64,000 nt of DNA, from contig OZ316896.1 in the NCBI GenBank assembly GCA_973895155.1, positions 5,818,166-5,882,165 of the forward strand, read 5' to 3'. A program made the position numbers and the translations under genes. Source of the DNA: Marsupella aquatica. Taxonomy: Eukaryota > Plantae > Marchantiophyta. This document shows positions 51,846 through 64,000 of the stretch, piece after piece. How positions within the stretch are numbered: position 1 is the stretch's first letter; each line of letters begins with the position of its first letter. The notes beneath the pieces are model-generated. The model did no database searches. It saw nothing but the letters and a program-made list of their open reading frames with translations, and was not told the DNA's origin.

Positions 51846-54709
51846 TTGAGGCATCCTCTCTACTGGGGCCGGCACCCAAAATCCCCCTTTGAATTGGAAA
51901 AATGAAAGGGCTAAAGGTTCCTTCATGCATAAGGAGGAAAAACTCGCAGGTAGTCTGCTTTGGGAACATGCCTTCCATACCCTAATGCGAAGTGTAAAAC
52001 GAAGTGTGTGGGTGTTGGGACAAGCTTTCCAACTCTAGTGAAGAAGTCTATGATTAAGTGTCTTGGTTTGGGGGAGTGCTTTCCATTCTATGATTAAGTG
52101 CCTTGGTCTTCAGCCGCTGTTTCTTCCAAGGTCCTTTTGTTTCTGTTATTGTAGTTTATTTGGTCTTGAAGCTCTTCGGCGGTTGGTTCTTATGGGGCCC
52201 GGCTCAAATCTGTTGTTACTCTTGATACTTGTGCTGATCACAATGAAGAAACTGGGAGTTCAGGCATGGACTGAGCAACTTAGTAACTTGGGTCAAGGGA
52301 CAGACTGCACCAAGCTCTCTTCCTCTGTGCTGATGGCAATCTTAAGGCGTCCAGGTCCAGATGGTGAATTGCTTACCTTTACTTTTAGAAGGAATCAACC
52401 AAGCTCCCCACATTAGCGCCTTCAGAGTTGGTTGATTTTTTATTTGCTTATGGGGATTCACCCCCAGGCCAAGTTTGGTCTGCCATGTCTGGCCCCCAAC
52501 CCTTGAAGCACACTTTGGTGCGGAAGGAGCCCTGAGCTGCCATCAATGTACCAAAGGCACCCTTAAGAAGAAAGTTATGCCCATCTTGCCTTTCTGGTCC
52601 AGGCATGGCAAATTCCCAAATTTCTGGGGCCATAACAGAAGGGCCATAACTTCCAACTTGCTTATCCATTTTGGGTATAGCATTCAGATGAGCTCATGCT
52701 ATGCTATTTTCCAGCCCTTAAAGTTACAGTTCTAAGAGAGTTGAGTTTTTTAGTTTGTGGCTCCTGTCTTTGGTGGTTGTTGGTTGCATGTGTGAAAGGT
52801 TCCCATGCTTGAACTTCCCTCCTTCTCACCTCTGTCTTCCTCAGGGCCCAATTCAGAACAATGAAGTCTCCCCATCTTATTGGCTCCTTCAGATACTTTG
52901 AGGTACAAATATTCTAGCCTAATGCCCATAAGCATAGCAACACATGCATGCACCAAAAAAGTCGCTCTTTGTCCCCCAAACTTTGTATTCCCTTGCCCAA
53001 TGCTCATATCTGTGTTAAGGGGCTGTAAGACTGGAGAATATGGAACACCTTTAGAAGTGAGTTGCTAGCTATCACCCAAATGTTTCATAGTAGTACTCAC
53101 ATGGATCACACAATGGATGCAATGCTTGTTTACTATAAGCATTGCAAAATGAAATGTGTTAACTTTGTTAGTAATCACCCAAACCTGTCATTTTACTGCA
53201 CATAGATCACACTGCTTGTTGACGACAAGTTTACTACTGTTATAGTTAGGTGGTCATTTTTTGGGAGCCCTACGATACTCAAAGGTCTGGCCCCTATTGC
53301 AAAGGAATGTTCATCACCATATGCTCATAGTCACCAAACATTTTTTCCATCCCAAATTTCAGTAATGCATAGCCAACAACCCAGTTGTTGTGGCGGACGA
53401 CATGGGAGCATTAGGCAGTTGCAATTATTATTTCACCATGAACATTGGTTGTCCGTGTCTACACACCAACTGCCACAGGAAGGGCATGGAAGCAGATTCA
53501 GTAGCAGGTGGTCGGGTAGATTTCATATGCTGGGCATTGAAAGAAGCAATAGCTGGAAACCGAGCTGTTGAGAGGTCCCATAAAACCTTGGGGAGTTAAA
53601 TGGAGAGAACATTAAACTCCGACTAGATTCATCATTAGAAGAAGTCACTTGGTCAATACTTGCTCAGTGAAGAGCCGATGTGGAAACCCCATCAGCAAAT
53701 GGGTTTTCCACATCTTGAGGCTCGTGTTGAAAGGGCAGACTCCTATTACACTTGCGGATCATCCGTTCGACTTTGTTCACCTTGCTACAAAATGATTATT
53801 GTTACCATACCGCCTGGTTGGTTAAAAGGCTATGTCCTAGTCGACATGGACTTGGAGTCAGCATTCAATCCTGAGCATCGTGCTAAACAAATGGATATTG
53901 ATATCATACCAACCGGGTAGTCATAAGGCAATGTCGACACAAACGTGAAGGCTTAAAGGTTGGGATAGTCACTCAGACGGCTTACACATATGTCAGAAGC
54001 CTTGGATAGCTTTTCAAGTAACAAGTGAAATGACATGCATATAAATTAATGGGGTGAGCAATGTCTGCGCTACTACCTCCCAATTAAAAGCAAGAAGGTA
54101 GACGCTTGGCCATTCCGATTAAGGTGAACAAATCCAATCGCAAGTACATGAATGAATATTTGCATCTTTCTCATTGGTGACAGACTGTAGGATATAACTA
54201 GCATCCATTTCTTGTCTCCATTCAAACTAGCATGTAAAGCGGACCCATGCTGCCACGAGCACTTCCTGTGCCTACAGGAGTTGTTAACAGCAGTTCTAAG
54301 CATCTTGCCCACACCTGCATGTTCTCATTTCATTTGTGCTCATGCACACTAAACATCGCCACTTCTGGACAAAGTTCAGAGCACTCTATAGACGTGTAAT
54401 GTACATTCTGTCATGGAAAAGGGCGAATTTGGTTGATTCGTGAACTTTCAGGAAAAAAAGCAATGCTGGGTTGACCCAGAAAAAACCATAGGCGAATCAG
54501 TCATGGGACTGGCTGATCAGGGAGTCCGATACCAAGGGGGGCCATAGAAAAATTACAGCTAGTTGATCTAGGCTCAGGAAGTTCGTGTGCTCTACTTTCA
54601 AGCAGGCCTCATACAGAGTTACATTTAATTGGCTGGATGCCTGGAGGCTCAGGTGGTCACCCTCTGGTATTCAGAGAGTAAAGTGGAGTTCTGATGCCGT
54701 AATTTTCTC

Positions 54710-57661
54710 CTAAGCACTAGCACTAGCCAGCGACTTCACCCTTGATGTTCCGTAGAGAGTCTCCTCAAACCGGATGATCTCGTTCTTTGAACCGTAGGCC
54801 ACCTGTGTTCTATCATCTGTGTTATGAATGACCTTGTCCAACACGGAGATCTTTCCATCACTACTGTATCCACCGGCCTTTTCCACCAGAAGACCTAGAG
54901 GTGCAACCTCAAACAGCAACCGCAACTTCGCTTTGGTCGAGGGTGAGATGACATTGGTAAAGATTCCTTTCTCCTTCACAATGATCTGCATTACCAACGT
55001 AAAGCACATAATCTTCAATGCGCAATGAAATCAAGAGTTCAAACGGTCATGCAAGCATAGCCCAGATTCTAAGTTCCAAATTTGATCGTATCATGTGGAC
55101 GAGATGCCAACTACCAAACACATACTGCTGTAATGAGGATATCCAAAAACAATCAAGAAAGAAACAAGAACTCACAAAGATCTCCCTACATTAGACCCAA
55201 AGAAGAGCAAACTAGCAGAGTCTCAAAATCATATGCCAGCGTGTCAACGAACCTGATTGACATCCGGTACCATGCCACCAGTATAACGGAGGGTGTACTT
55301 CTCACTCACATAGTAGTTGATCAACTGCTTGCATCACGGGGGACAGTCAATAAAACAGAAGTGACACCTGGTGAATCTCGATCAAAGCCATATTTTAAAT
55401 GCATGCCGAAGTGAAAGAAAGCGAGATTTATAACTGTTACCTTCTCGTACTCTGGATTATCAAAGGTGGCTCTCAAGTTTCCTGGGGAGAACAGTTTTCC
55501 CTCTCCAATAGTGTAAGTGTCCTTCACGTGTTGCCACGTTCCTGCACATCATGAAAACGACAGCTCTCACTCCAAATGTTTGTAGTCGGTACTCCTACGG
55601 ATACAACCCTATCATGTACTATTACTCAAATTAAACTGTTGAATACCCTAGTCTGGTGCTATGACGTTACAGCATCGGACATGAAGATACCAAATGACAG
55701 TGTTGGACGACGCTATAACAACGGCAGCAGAGAACTTCTTCCACAATCGAGAGGAAACAACTGAGGTGTCCGGACAATATCTCTCAAAGTTCTGTGTGGA
55801 GAAATAAACACAGGAAACATAATCCAACAAAATGCAGGCACAAACTTAATTGCTCTGAAACAACACAATCTAAATACATTGCAAATTAGTGGACTATGCT
55901 TATTTTCTGCTCCACGTGGTCATTACAATACACCTGCTGACCCTTGCCATGAGCATCCCAGGTGGATTCACTGATTTTAAGAGTTCTATGATAACGAATG
56001 ATTCCTTCTATTAAGTGCCTTTCCAAATAAAGATGAATTCGCAAAGTTGTAGGACTCGGTTAACCAAATTATGCTGAAAAGGATTTGCACTCGACTCATG
56101 TTCATACAGGAGATTCAGAGTTCTTTAAAATTTGGGATCTTCCTTTCGCAAATGTAATTATGTTGGCGGTATGGATCTTCTCTAAAATTGGCAATCTGTC
56201 ATCACCCTATTTTTTCACTTGACACAAAACTGTAGTAGAAAAACCTTCTCAGATACGCAAATCTTACGACTTCAGAATCCAAAACCGTGCGGATTTTGTC
56301 CCTCGCTTGCAAACTCGTGACTTCTTGATTGACTCAGCTTGCAGTTGCTCTCTTTGTAATAATCTTTGCTGTTCGGTATGAAAATCTGCCATATTCATTT
56401 ACGATGGCCTAACGACTGACCATCATTTGATACTCGATTCCCTTGAAGGTTTCTCGGAAGCTCACCGTCATCGAGGAGAAGAAATTCGTGTGTGCCGGGA
56501 CAGTCCGCCAAGGCCAGCACATAAGTTGTTCGAGGGCCGTAGATACCCATGGCAGCTGCCACCTGATCACGACCGGTGACACCTGTCAGCTTATCTCCAG
56601 GCCATACTCCAAAGATGGTGCCAACTGTGAAATTGGTGTCGACGATGCTGGAGCCGTCGAGAGGATCAAATGCAACGCTGAATCCACCTGTTTGGTAAAT
56701 CAGACTTCAGCTTGTGCTCATGTCAACTCGATTACGAACACACTAAAGCAGGATCTATCCTTGTAGAAAAAACTTCAGGTCGATTATTTACCTTCAACAG
56801 GGCCACCACAATCCACGAGCTCAGGCTCCTCTTCGGAGCAAGCAAACTTGCAGAAGTGGGAAAATGTCAAAGCCTGCAAAGATTCGAGAATGTTGCAGAC
56901 TCATCAAGCATGTAAGGCTCGAACAGAGACACATTGAATTGCAAGAGCATGTAGGCAATCACGAATAAAGGTGCGCGAAAGTGCGAACATCGTCAAAATA
57001 CAATTCTGGGAGGAAAACAAGTCCTTGTCGTACCTCGAAGAGAAGCTTGTTAGCCAACATATCGACAGCCAACTGCTCGTCTCCGAATGTGTTCACGCAA
57101 GCAGTTGCTCCGCATGATGCAGTGCGAACCTTGAAAGCTATTTTTCGCAGAGATTCGCCCATGCACACCATTAACCTGACCAAATTCTTGTCCTTCGTGG
57201 ACTTGTTCAAAAATTCCTCCTGTCAACGTGACAAAACAGTCCATGTCAACACACCCACAATAACAAGGGAAGCAAGGTGAGCAAGTTCGAGCTCAAAGAG
57301 ACAAGCCGTAAACAAAATGTATTTGTCACGATGCCATTCAGTAGGACATAAACACGTACAAGCATTGTCCAATTCATTCACTCCAAGCTGGCATCGACAT
57401 TATAATTCTCCTCACCAGGCTGTCACCAATCTCAGCTCTAGCCCCAGCAGGTTTTCTAGAAGCGAACGAGGCATTCTGGGATTTCCCCGAGCCACTCGAC
57501 CTCGACAAACTCTTCCCGAAGAGTGAGCTGCACGATCCGGCCTGCAGACACCCAATTCTATGAATCGAGTTTCCAGAGAAAGCAGACTTGGGCAGGGCGC
57601 TGCTGGCAACCACAGTGGGAGCAGCAGCTGCAGCAGCGAAAACTTGGGTAGCGGCGGCCAT
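54710..57661 (-). CDS. SBPASE: Chloroplast sedoheptulose-1,7-bisphosphatase (394 aa, 7 exons)
   Basis: Exons (minus): 57661-57416, 57219-57034, 56873-56792, 56687-56466, 55541-55441, 55324-55253, 54985-54710 (1185 nt, in frame). Ala/Ser-rich transit peptide, redox motif [41 protein letters not shown] and [10 protein letters not shown]. Confidence 0.97.
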
Positions 57662-58148
57662 GGCGACAGCAGCAAATGTCGACTAGTTTGTCAAGCTCTT
57701 GGCACAGCAACACAGCTCGGGACTTCGAATTCGATTGTGACGACTTGCTGTTTGCTGATTCTCCTCCTTGCTCTGCAGCTGAGGGAATTGAGCGAGAAGG
57801 GTGTTTCCGCAGATGACGATTGTATGGCTGTGTTTCTGTGGCCCAAGATCTCTCCCAACAAAGCTTCCGATCCTCCCACCTCGGGCCCTCACCTTTGCAC
57901 CTTCTCCGATTTGTGGCCGACTCACCCTCCGCGGTTCAATCCATCGGTCTATCCACACTCTCGCTCCCAATTGGCCTGATGCCGATCCAGACCCACAAAC
58001 ACGACAAGACCTGTTCTTTGCAGGCACAAACTGGCCAGAGACAAGAGATACCAAAGTCTCTCAAGAGATTCCACTTCTGGACGGGAACTAAAAAGGAGAA
58101 GGGTGCCAGTTTCCAATTTATTGAGAAGGGCCAAAACTTGGTACAATA

Positions 58149-58456
58149 GGGGTCTCAATATTGTGGAAGGCACCTTTTTGAGGGACATGTATGAATGTCT
58201 GTAAACGGGATGATGAGACTAAATGACGGACACAAATATTCTTGGCACATATTTGAGAGACCCAGTTTTGATGTTTGATGGACAGCCTTGGCGCGCATGC
58301 CTTCATAGATAGACTACACAGCAACGGCCACGGGACTACACCTGCGGGTAGCTGGTGTGGACCACGCATTTGGGTGCCTGCCCCTTGTTTACCTATGGCT
58401 ATGAATAAGTTGTTGTGGTAGGCCCAACACCAGCTGTTGCAAAGATTGAGACCCCC
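58149..58456. mobile_element. GGGNGTCTCAA-family MITE, copy C, ~490 bp upstream of the SBPase ATG
   Basis: GGGGTCTCAAT ... ATTGAGACCCCC; flanks CAATA/TATTA. Confidence 0.7.
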
Positions 58457-59103
58457 TATTAGAGTGAAACCAAAGGAAGTCCAGAGAGTTTAGCACAAAA
58501 CAAGGGGGCAAATTGAAGTACAAAATCTAAATGACGGATGGAAATTCAAACCACTCTTACAGTGTGGCTAGCTAAATAATGGTCTACATCCAGTGTCTTA
58601 ACTATGTGGGCAAGTGTGACAAGTTAAGGATGGATTGTGGGTCCCAACCCAGTAAAACCAAAGCTCAGATGGACCAAGACATTATCCTTGCCCTTCCCCA
58701 TTGACTAGACTATGTAAAGTCATCAACTAGGTCACACCAAAAAGGAAAAGGGACCAGTTGCTTTTGGGAAGCACATTTCATGAATGCTTCACTTGCCTGA
58801 AGGACACCCCAAATAGTGTTTTCAAGTGCCCAGATTGAAGGTAAAATGTTGGTTTTTGGCACACCTGTCCATTTATTTAGACAACTTTTTGGATCTCTAT
58901 TTAAGCTCAAGTTTTGTCAGCATGTTCTATGATGTTTAATCTATCACCTGAAACATTTTGGGAGTTTCCTGAAATCATTTCTTCCATTTTTGAGGAGCAC
59001 AAAGATAGTCACATATTATAAGTCAACTGAAAATGGACATTTCACTTTGTGAAATATGCTCTTAGTAGTCTGGGCATGACAAGCAACTTATGACAAGCTA
59101 AAC

Positions 59104-59105
<2 letters not shown>

Positions 59106-59149
<44 letters not shown>
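59106..59149. repeat. (AC)n microsatellite, ~22 units
   Basis: Perfect AC run. Confidence 0.97.
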
Positions 59150-59151
<2 letters not shown>

Positions 59152-59772
59152 CGGATGGTTATTAGACCATTTACAGGTCACATTTCAGTCAAAACTACAA
59201 GAGGTCCTATCCAAGTCTCAAGACATTCTGCCAGTCCATCATTCCCAAATTTGCTAGTCCATCTCGGCTACTAGCTAGCTAGTCTATCCGAGATTGACTA
59301 GGGTTCTAATTTAACCTTCTCTTTTGAATTTTCTTCCACCTGTTTTCTAGAAAATCATACTCCCATGGACCAAGCCTGTTAGCCATGCAACCCAGACTTG
59401 GGGGGCCGACTAACCAAATCGTAGAAACCACGTGTGATGCAAAATAGGTTACTTGGATGGAAACTAGCTAAAAAAAATTAAAGTGTAAGAGGTTAAAGAA
59501 GGTTTTACAAACCCATTTATGGAATATTCTTTAGTATATATCTTTGATTAAGTAAAATAGGTAACAAATATTGAAAGAAGAGAATATTGCAAGAATATTT
59601 TCTTTATAAATTAGGTATTAGGCTAGGATTGCACAAAATCCCAAAATATACACTGAGATAAACCCCCGAGGACCTCGATGGACCGTGACATCGTATATGC
59701 CTTCATTGATCAATCAACACCCTTCTTGTTCCTAAAATATTTTCAATGTTCAACAAAGTGTGACCTACATAT

Positions 59773-60116
59773 TGTTGCCTTTACTCTTAAATCTAGGATT
59801 ATGACTGTAGTCGTAGTTAGGGTTGACCTTAGTCGCAGACTAGGTTAGGTTAACTAGGTTGCACACTATATATCCCCCAAGTGTGTCTCCTTGGATAGGA
59901 GAAACTCAGGCTCATTGTTATAGAGCTAGTTGAGAGATAGGGAGATCTTGTATTGCACAAACTCGGTATGGCCGATGGGCCTATAGTGCAGTAAAACTCT
60001 CGTTTGTTCTTGTGGATGTAGCCTCAGGTGAGGTGAACCATGTATCTCTCTATCTCAACTACTTGCGCGTTGGATGTTCATGGGCTTACAGTTGTGGATG
60101 TCATCTTTGCTCAACA
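59773..60116 (+). mobile_element. Solo LTR of the same Copia family (older, no clean TSD)
   Basis: TGTTG...TCAACA termini. Shares GGCTCATTGTTA..GAGCTAGTTGAGAGATAGGGAGA and GTGGA.GTAGCCTC..GAGGTGAACCA with the 32001 LTR. Confidence 0.85.
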
Positions 60117-61099
60117 ATCTCCATTGATATTTCACATAATTTGTTCTTCTTGGGCTCATTAGACGACACTTGGAAAGATCTTTCCAAAAACTCTATATCT
60201 CTAAAGATCACTCCTTCTTGTTATGCATTTACTTTTGGGTCTAGAGTTACTATGTAATCAAAATTGGTCTAACCATAGTCAAGAAATATAATTAAAGTGA
60301 TTTTATTTTGGGGTAAACTTGCTCTTCATATGTCTGGAAATCTATGTTTTCCTCTCTTCTTCTTGGACAAGTTTTTTCCTTTCCAATCTGGAGTTTTTTC
60401 GCCTAGTCTTTTTTATGTTCCCCTCTCCATTTCATTTGTTTTTGCCTTCACCCTTTCCATTGCAAATTGACTCTCTTATTAGAAGACCCTGAACTGATTG
60501 ACCTTTGTGAAGCAAAGCTCCTTGGATTAATTTGTCATTTTCAAGACAAAGAAAATGCCACGATTTAGTGTTAGGAAAGGATTTGTGTTAGGAAAGGATT
60601 CCAGATCAAAGAGTTTTTGTCTTTTTCTAAACCCCATGTTCATGGAGGGATTCTATTTCTTTTTCTTTTAAACTACCACTAGCCATGACAAATCCTGGAT
60701 CCACCAGGTTTTGCCATAAATGTAGTTTTTCCCTGAAATTATAGAGCAGACCGGCATAGTGTAGGATAGGTGTGAGTGGAATGTGGCCAGTGGTGGTTTA
60801 TATGAAATGTGACAATGTGCCCAATCTATTCCAGGGATCTTCATGGCAAAGACCAGCGGGGCACAAAAGACGGCCTAGTTGGGGGAGCACAATAGCAATA
60901 GTACCTATGCAGGCTAAGTAGCATGGCAGGGATCAGTATTGGTGAAGTTGTGGGTTTTACAGGTGTGGGCCAATGTCATGTTGCCCATAGTAGAACTAGC
61001 AAAGAAGCATTCAATCTATACAACTGTCTCCCCAATGCCCAAAAGGTTGCAAATAGACAAGCAAAAGATTCTGTTATCAATTAATACTATTATTGTTGC

Positions 61100-61700
61100 C
61101 ATGGTTACTCCTCTTGGCCCTTTCAATCATCTCATTAATTTTAGTGAAAGTCTGATTGAGACTTCTGCCTTATTAATGCTTCTAGTCCGTTCAAAGAGTC
61201 ATGTAAATGTCCATAATAGCTCCAATCAGAATGAGGTGAAGAGGAAACTTTGTATCATTCACCTGATACCTACGCTGACGTCTTTCAATCCAGATACTAG
61301 TGATCATCTCATGGATAAGCAGGAAGCCAAGATTACGTTTATGAGACAGGATGGCATTGTCGATCTTGCCAAAGCAGAATCAGCCAACAGCCTTGTTGAG
61401 GGTGGTGCCAGTAGCAATTCACTCAAGATGGTCCCATTGTCAAAGCCTCAGACTGTTGATATAGAACACGTATTCAATCTTTTCAATGTTCTCTTGGCAG
61501 GGAGTACATAGGCCATCACTTACGTCCCACTTAAGAGAGGGCCCCTTATATAGTGGCAACTATGGTTCAACTTTGCATAAGATTTAGAGTTACAAAGCTT
61601 CACCTCATATTAAGAGCTATTGGAATTGATTTCCATTCCAGTTTGGATGGATCCCAAAGGAGTTTATGACTTTGTGAAACATGTCATGAAAGTGTCTCTA
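61100..61700 (-). mobile_element. Degenerate LINE (L1-like) ORF2 3' remnant
   Basis: Minus-strand translation with stops gives KWDVSDGLCTPCQENIEKIEYVFY (zf-RVT-like C..C....E...[H].F) followed by SIWIERRQRRY (resembles the WxERNxRxF motif). Boundaries are approximate. Confidence 0.55.
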
Positions 61701-61707
61701 CCTGTGA

Positions 61708-61876
61708 GGGTGTCTCAATTCTCTTGGTTTTGCCTCTAGTTGCGATCAAGGGTGTTTTCCAGGGAAAAAAGTGGTGGACACAGGAAATCTTGTCCGCCAC
61801 TTTTTCCCGGGAAAACACCAAAACTACCAGTTTTGGTCCAAGTTTTTTGCCATGGACCTCAAGGTTTGAGACGCCC
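61708..61876. mobile_element. GGGNGTCTCAA-family MITE, copy D, with an internal palindrome
   Basis: GGGTGTCTCAA ... TTGAGACGCCC; flanks TGTGA/TATGG. The interior resembles the left part of copy B (GTCTCAATTCTCT, ACCAAAACTA). Confidence 0.65.
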
Positions 61877-61881
61877 TATGG

Positions 61882-63222
61882 AGCTCCCTCAAACTTTTTC
61901 TTGTCTTGAATACCCTTCTAGTACTAACAAGTAAAATTACAAGAGAATTGAAAGAGAATTGCAAAACTGCCTTCTCAGCAGATGTGAACTAGAGAAAGCC
62001 AGCATGCACCCAATTGGGGGTGCAATGCTCGAATGAGTTCCTGGGATGGGACCCATGGGCCATTCTTGTCCAGGGAGTCCAGAAGGGGAATTTCTTGACA
62101 GACTTGTTATCCTTGTCTGGCCAGTTTGCGCCTGTGAAGGACAGGTCCAATCATGTTTGTGGGTCTGGTTTGGGCACAGTCAGCTATTGCATACGACCGT
62201 GTCTCTACCAATCAGTCATCAAAACTTAAACAACCTCCCTCAAACTTTTTCTTGTTCAAAACTACCTTCTCACCATATGTGAACTACAGAAAGCCAGCAT
62301 GCACCCAATTGGTGTTAGGTATTTACTCAAGGTCTAGGGTTACGACATGTAACCGTAGTTAGGCTAACCATAGTCGGAGATGTGATTAGGTTAACTAGGA
62401 TGCACACTATATGTCAAACGATGTTTGCTTGGATAAGTGGAACTTAAGCTCATTGTTATGGGGCCACTTGAGAGATCAGGAGAGCTTACACTATGGAGAC
62501 TTGGTATAGCCGACGAGCTTAGAGGTCGGTAAAGCTCTCTTGTGTGTTCCCGTGGACGTAGCCTCGAGGAGGTGAACCACGTATCTCTTGTGTCGACTAC
62601 TTGCACGTTGGATGTGTCATGTGCTTACCGTTGCGATTATCGTCTATGCTCAACAATTGGGAATGCGATGCTCCGATTGAATCCTGGGCTGGGACTCATG
62701 GGCCACTCCCGCCCAAACATGAAATCTCGTCTGGCAAGTTTGAGTCTACAAAGGACAGGTCTTGTTTGTGGTTTTGGGCATGGTCAGATGTTACATAAGT
62801 GTCTCTACAAGTTACTCATTAAAACTTATAGCCTCTCTCAAACTTTTTCTTGTTCAAAACTACCTTCTCAATGCATGTGAACTAAAGAAAGCCACCATGC
62901 ACCCAATTGGGGGTGCGATGCTTCAATGGAATCCTGGGCTGGGACCCATGGGCCGCTCCAGTCCAAATGTGGAATCTCTTGACAGACTTAGTCTGGCAAG
63001 TTTGCGCCTGCAAAGGAGAGGTCTAGTCGTGTTTGTGGGTCTGGTTAGGGCAGGGTCAGATGTTACATAAGTGTCTCTATCAGCATTAAAACTTATCAAG
63101 CTCCCTCAAACTTTTTCTTGTTCAAAACAACCTTCTCAACCTATGTGAACTGGAGAGAGCCAGCATGCACCCAATTGGGGGTGCCATGCTCCGATGGAAT
63201 CCCGGGCTGGGACCCATGGATC
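61882..63222. repeat. Tandem array of ~250-300 bp units (about 3.5 copies), interrupted by a solo LTR
   Basis: Anchor CTCAAACTTTTTCTTG at ~61888, 62239, 62837 and 63105. GTGAACT..AGA.AGCCA.CATGCACCCAATTGG and CC.GGG.TGGGAC.CATGG recur in each unit. Confidence 0.9.
62313..62655 (+). mobile_element. Solo Copia LTR with a perfect 5-bp TSD
   Basis: ATTGG|TGTTAGG...CTCAACA|ATTGG (TSD 62308-62312 and 62656-62660); homologous to 32001-32335. Confidence 0.93.
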
Positions 63223-63499
63223 ACCCTATTCATTAAAACTGGAATTTCTCTAGTCCAGAAGTTGACCTTCAAATTTCTTATTTTACCCCCAAAAGTTCTA
63301 TAACTTGTTCCCCAAAGCATATATTTTAGTGGCCAAATATACACTTTTTGAGGTCTAAAATTACAATTCTAATGCCCAAATTATTAATTAAATAATTCAG
63401 TTATAAATTATTAATACTTATTAATTAAAACACAATAAAGTGTTCTTATTATATACAATATAAACAATGAAAAAATAGAATAAGACAATATAATAAATT

Positions 63500-64000
63500 C
63501 AAATGACCCGTGATAACCAAGTTACACAAACAGGGAAGGTAAACCAATGATGTATTATAAAAGTAAAAAACCTATTTTTACAAGGTCGAGACCACGTCTG
63601 CCCCAATGCAGGCTCTAGATGGTTTTGACCGGTTGTTGAATGTATATCAATTACTATGTAAAAATCTATGTTGAGATTATCTTGACCCAAATGTAGGGTC
63701 CACATAATTTTGACCCGTTGTTGAATCTATATCTCTAGCTATTCCCTTTGTATAGGGTCAAGACCCAAATAACCTTTTTCTGAGAACATATCTACAAGTA
63801 AAAGAGGATCAACAGCATCTAGACTCAAATGGATAGTACGCATAGCTTCACTTATTTTGAGTAAGAATATGTATATCTACAACTCACATTGTAACTGTAC
63901 AGTGTAGGGTCGAGATAATCTAGACCCAAATCTCATGCTCCTCCACCCCGCAGAATTCATTTGAGCAAGTAAATCTAGACCCTAACGGGTCATATTTCAT
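63500..64000. repeat. Degenerate repeat or TE fragment running off the window end
   Basis: TTTGACC.GTTGTTGAAT.TATATC occurs twice (~63623, ~63708); ATCTAGAC.CAAAT and TAGGGTC motifs recur. Confidence 0.55.

Noticed and set aside
53390-53599. Reverse-transcriptase 'ADD' motif ORF
   Set aside because: An isolated tripeptide with no other RT motifs nearby.
60939-61511. 190-aa plus-strand ORF as a gene
   Set aside because: Non-ATG start and no domain; the opposite strand carries decayed LINE zf-RVT-like motifs.

Overview
Eukaryotic land-plant nuclear DNA. A bryophyte or other non-seed plant is my inference from protein features, not a database result. Six protein-coding genes are supported: a TMEM45/DUF716 membrane protein (-), an intronless mitochondrial cytochrome c (-), a chloroplast YlmH/Sll1252-type S4-domain protein (-), a 9-exon GH79 heparanase-like beta-glucuronidase (+), actin with 4 coding exons (+) and a 7-exon sedoheptulose-1,7-bisphosphatase (-). 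The spacers are rich in transposon debris: a 5'-truncated, decayed Ty1/Copia element plus two solo LTRs of the same family, two related non-autonomous Helitrons, a LINE remnant, SINE-like heads, several MITEs and tandem arrays. I found no clearly new protein-based system. The most interesting signals are: (1) a family of short TIR elements (GGGNGTCTCAA ends) apparently flanked by 5-bp TANTA-like duplications, atypical for plant TIR superfamilies; (2) a ~100-bp piece of the SBPase upstream region repeated in inverted orientation in a tandem array 4-5 kb away; (3) a 91-bp duplication of a GH79 exon/intron boundary that creates a decoy splice donor; (4) a compact predicted three-way-junction RNA in an unannotated GC-rich region near 42.4 kb. 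All coordinates and alignments were read by eye.
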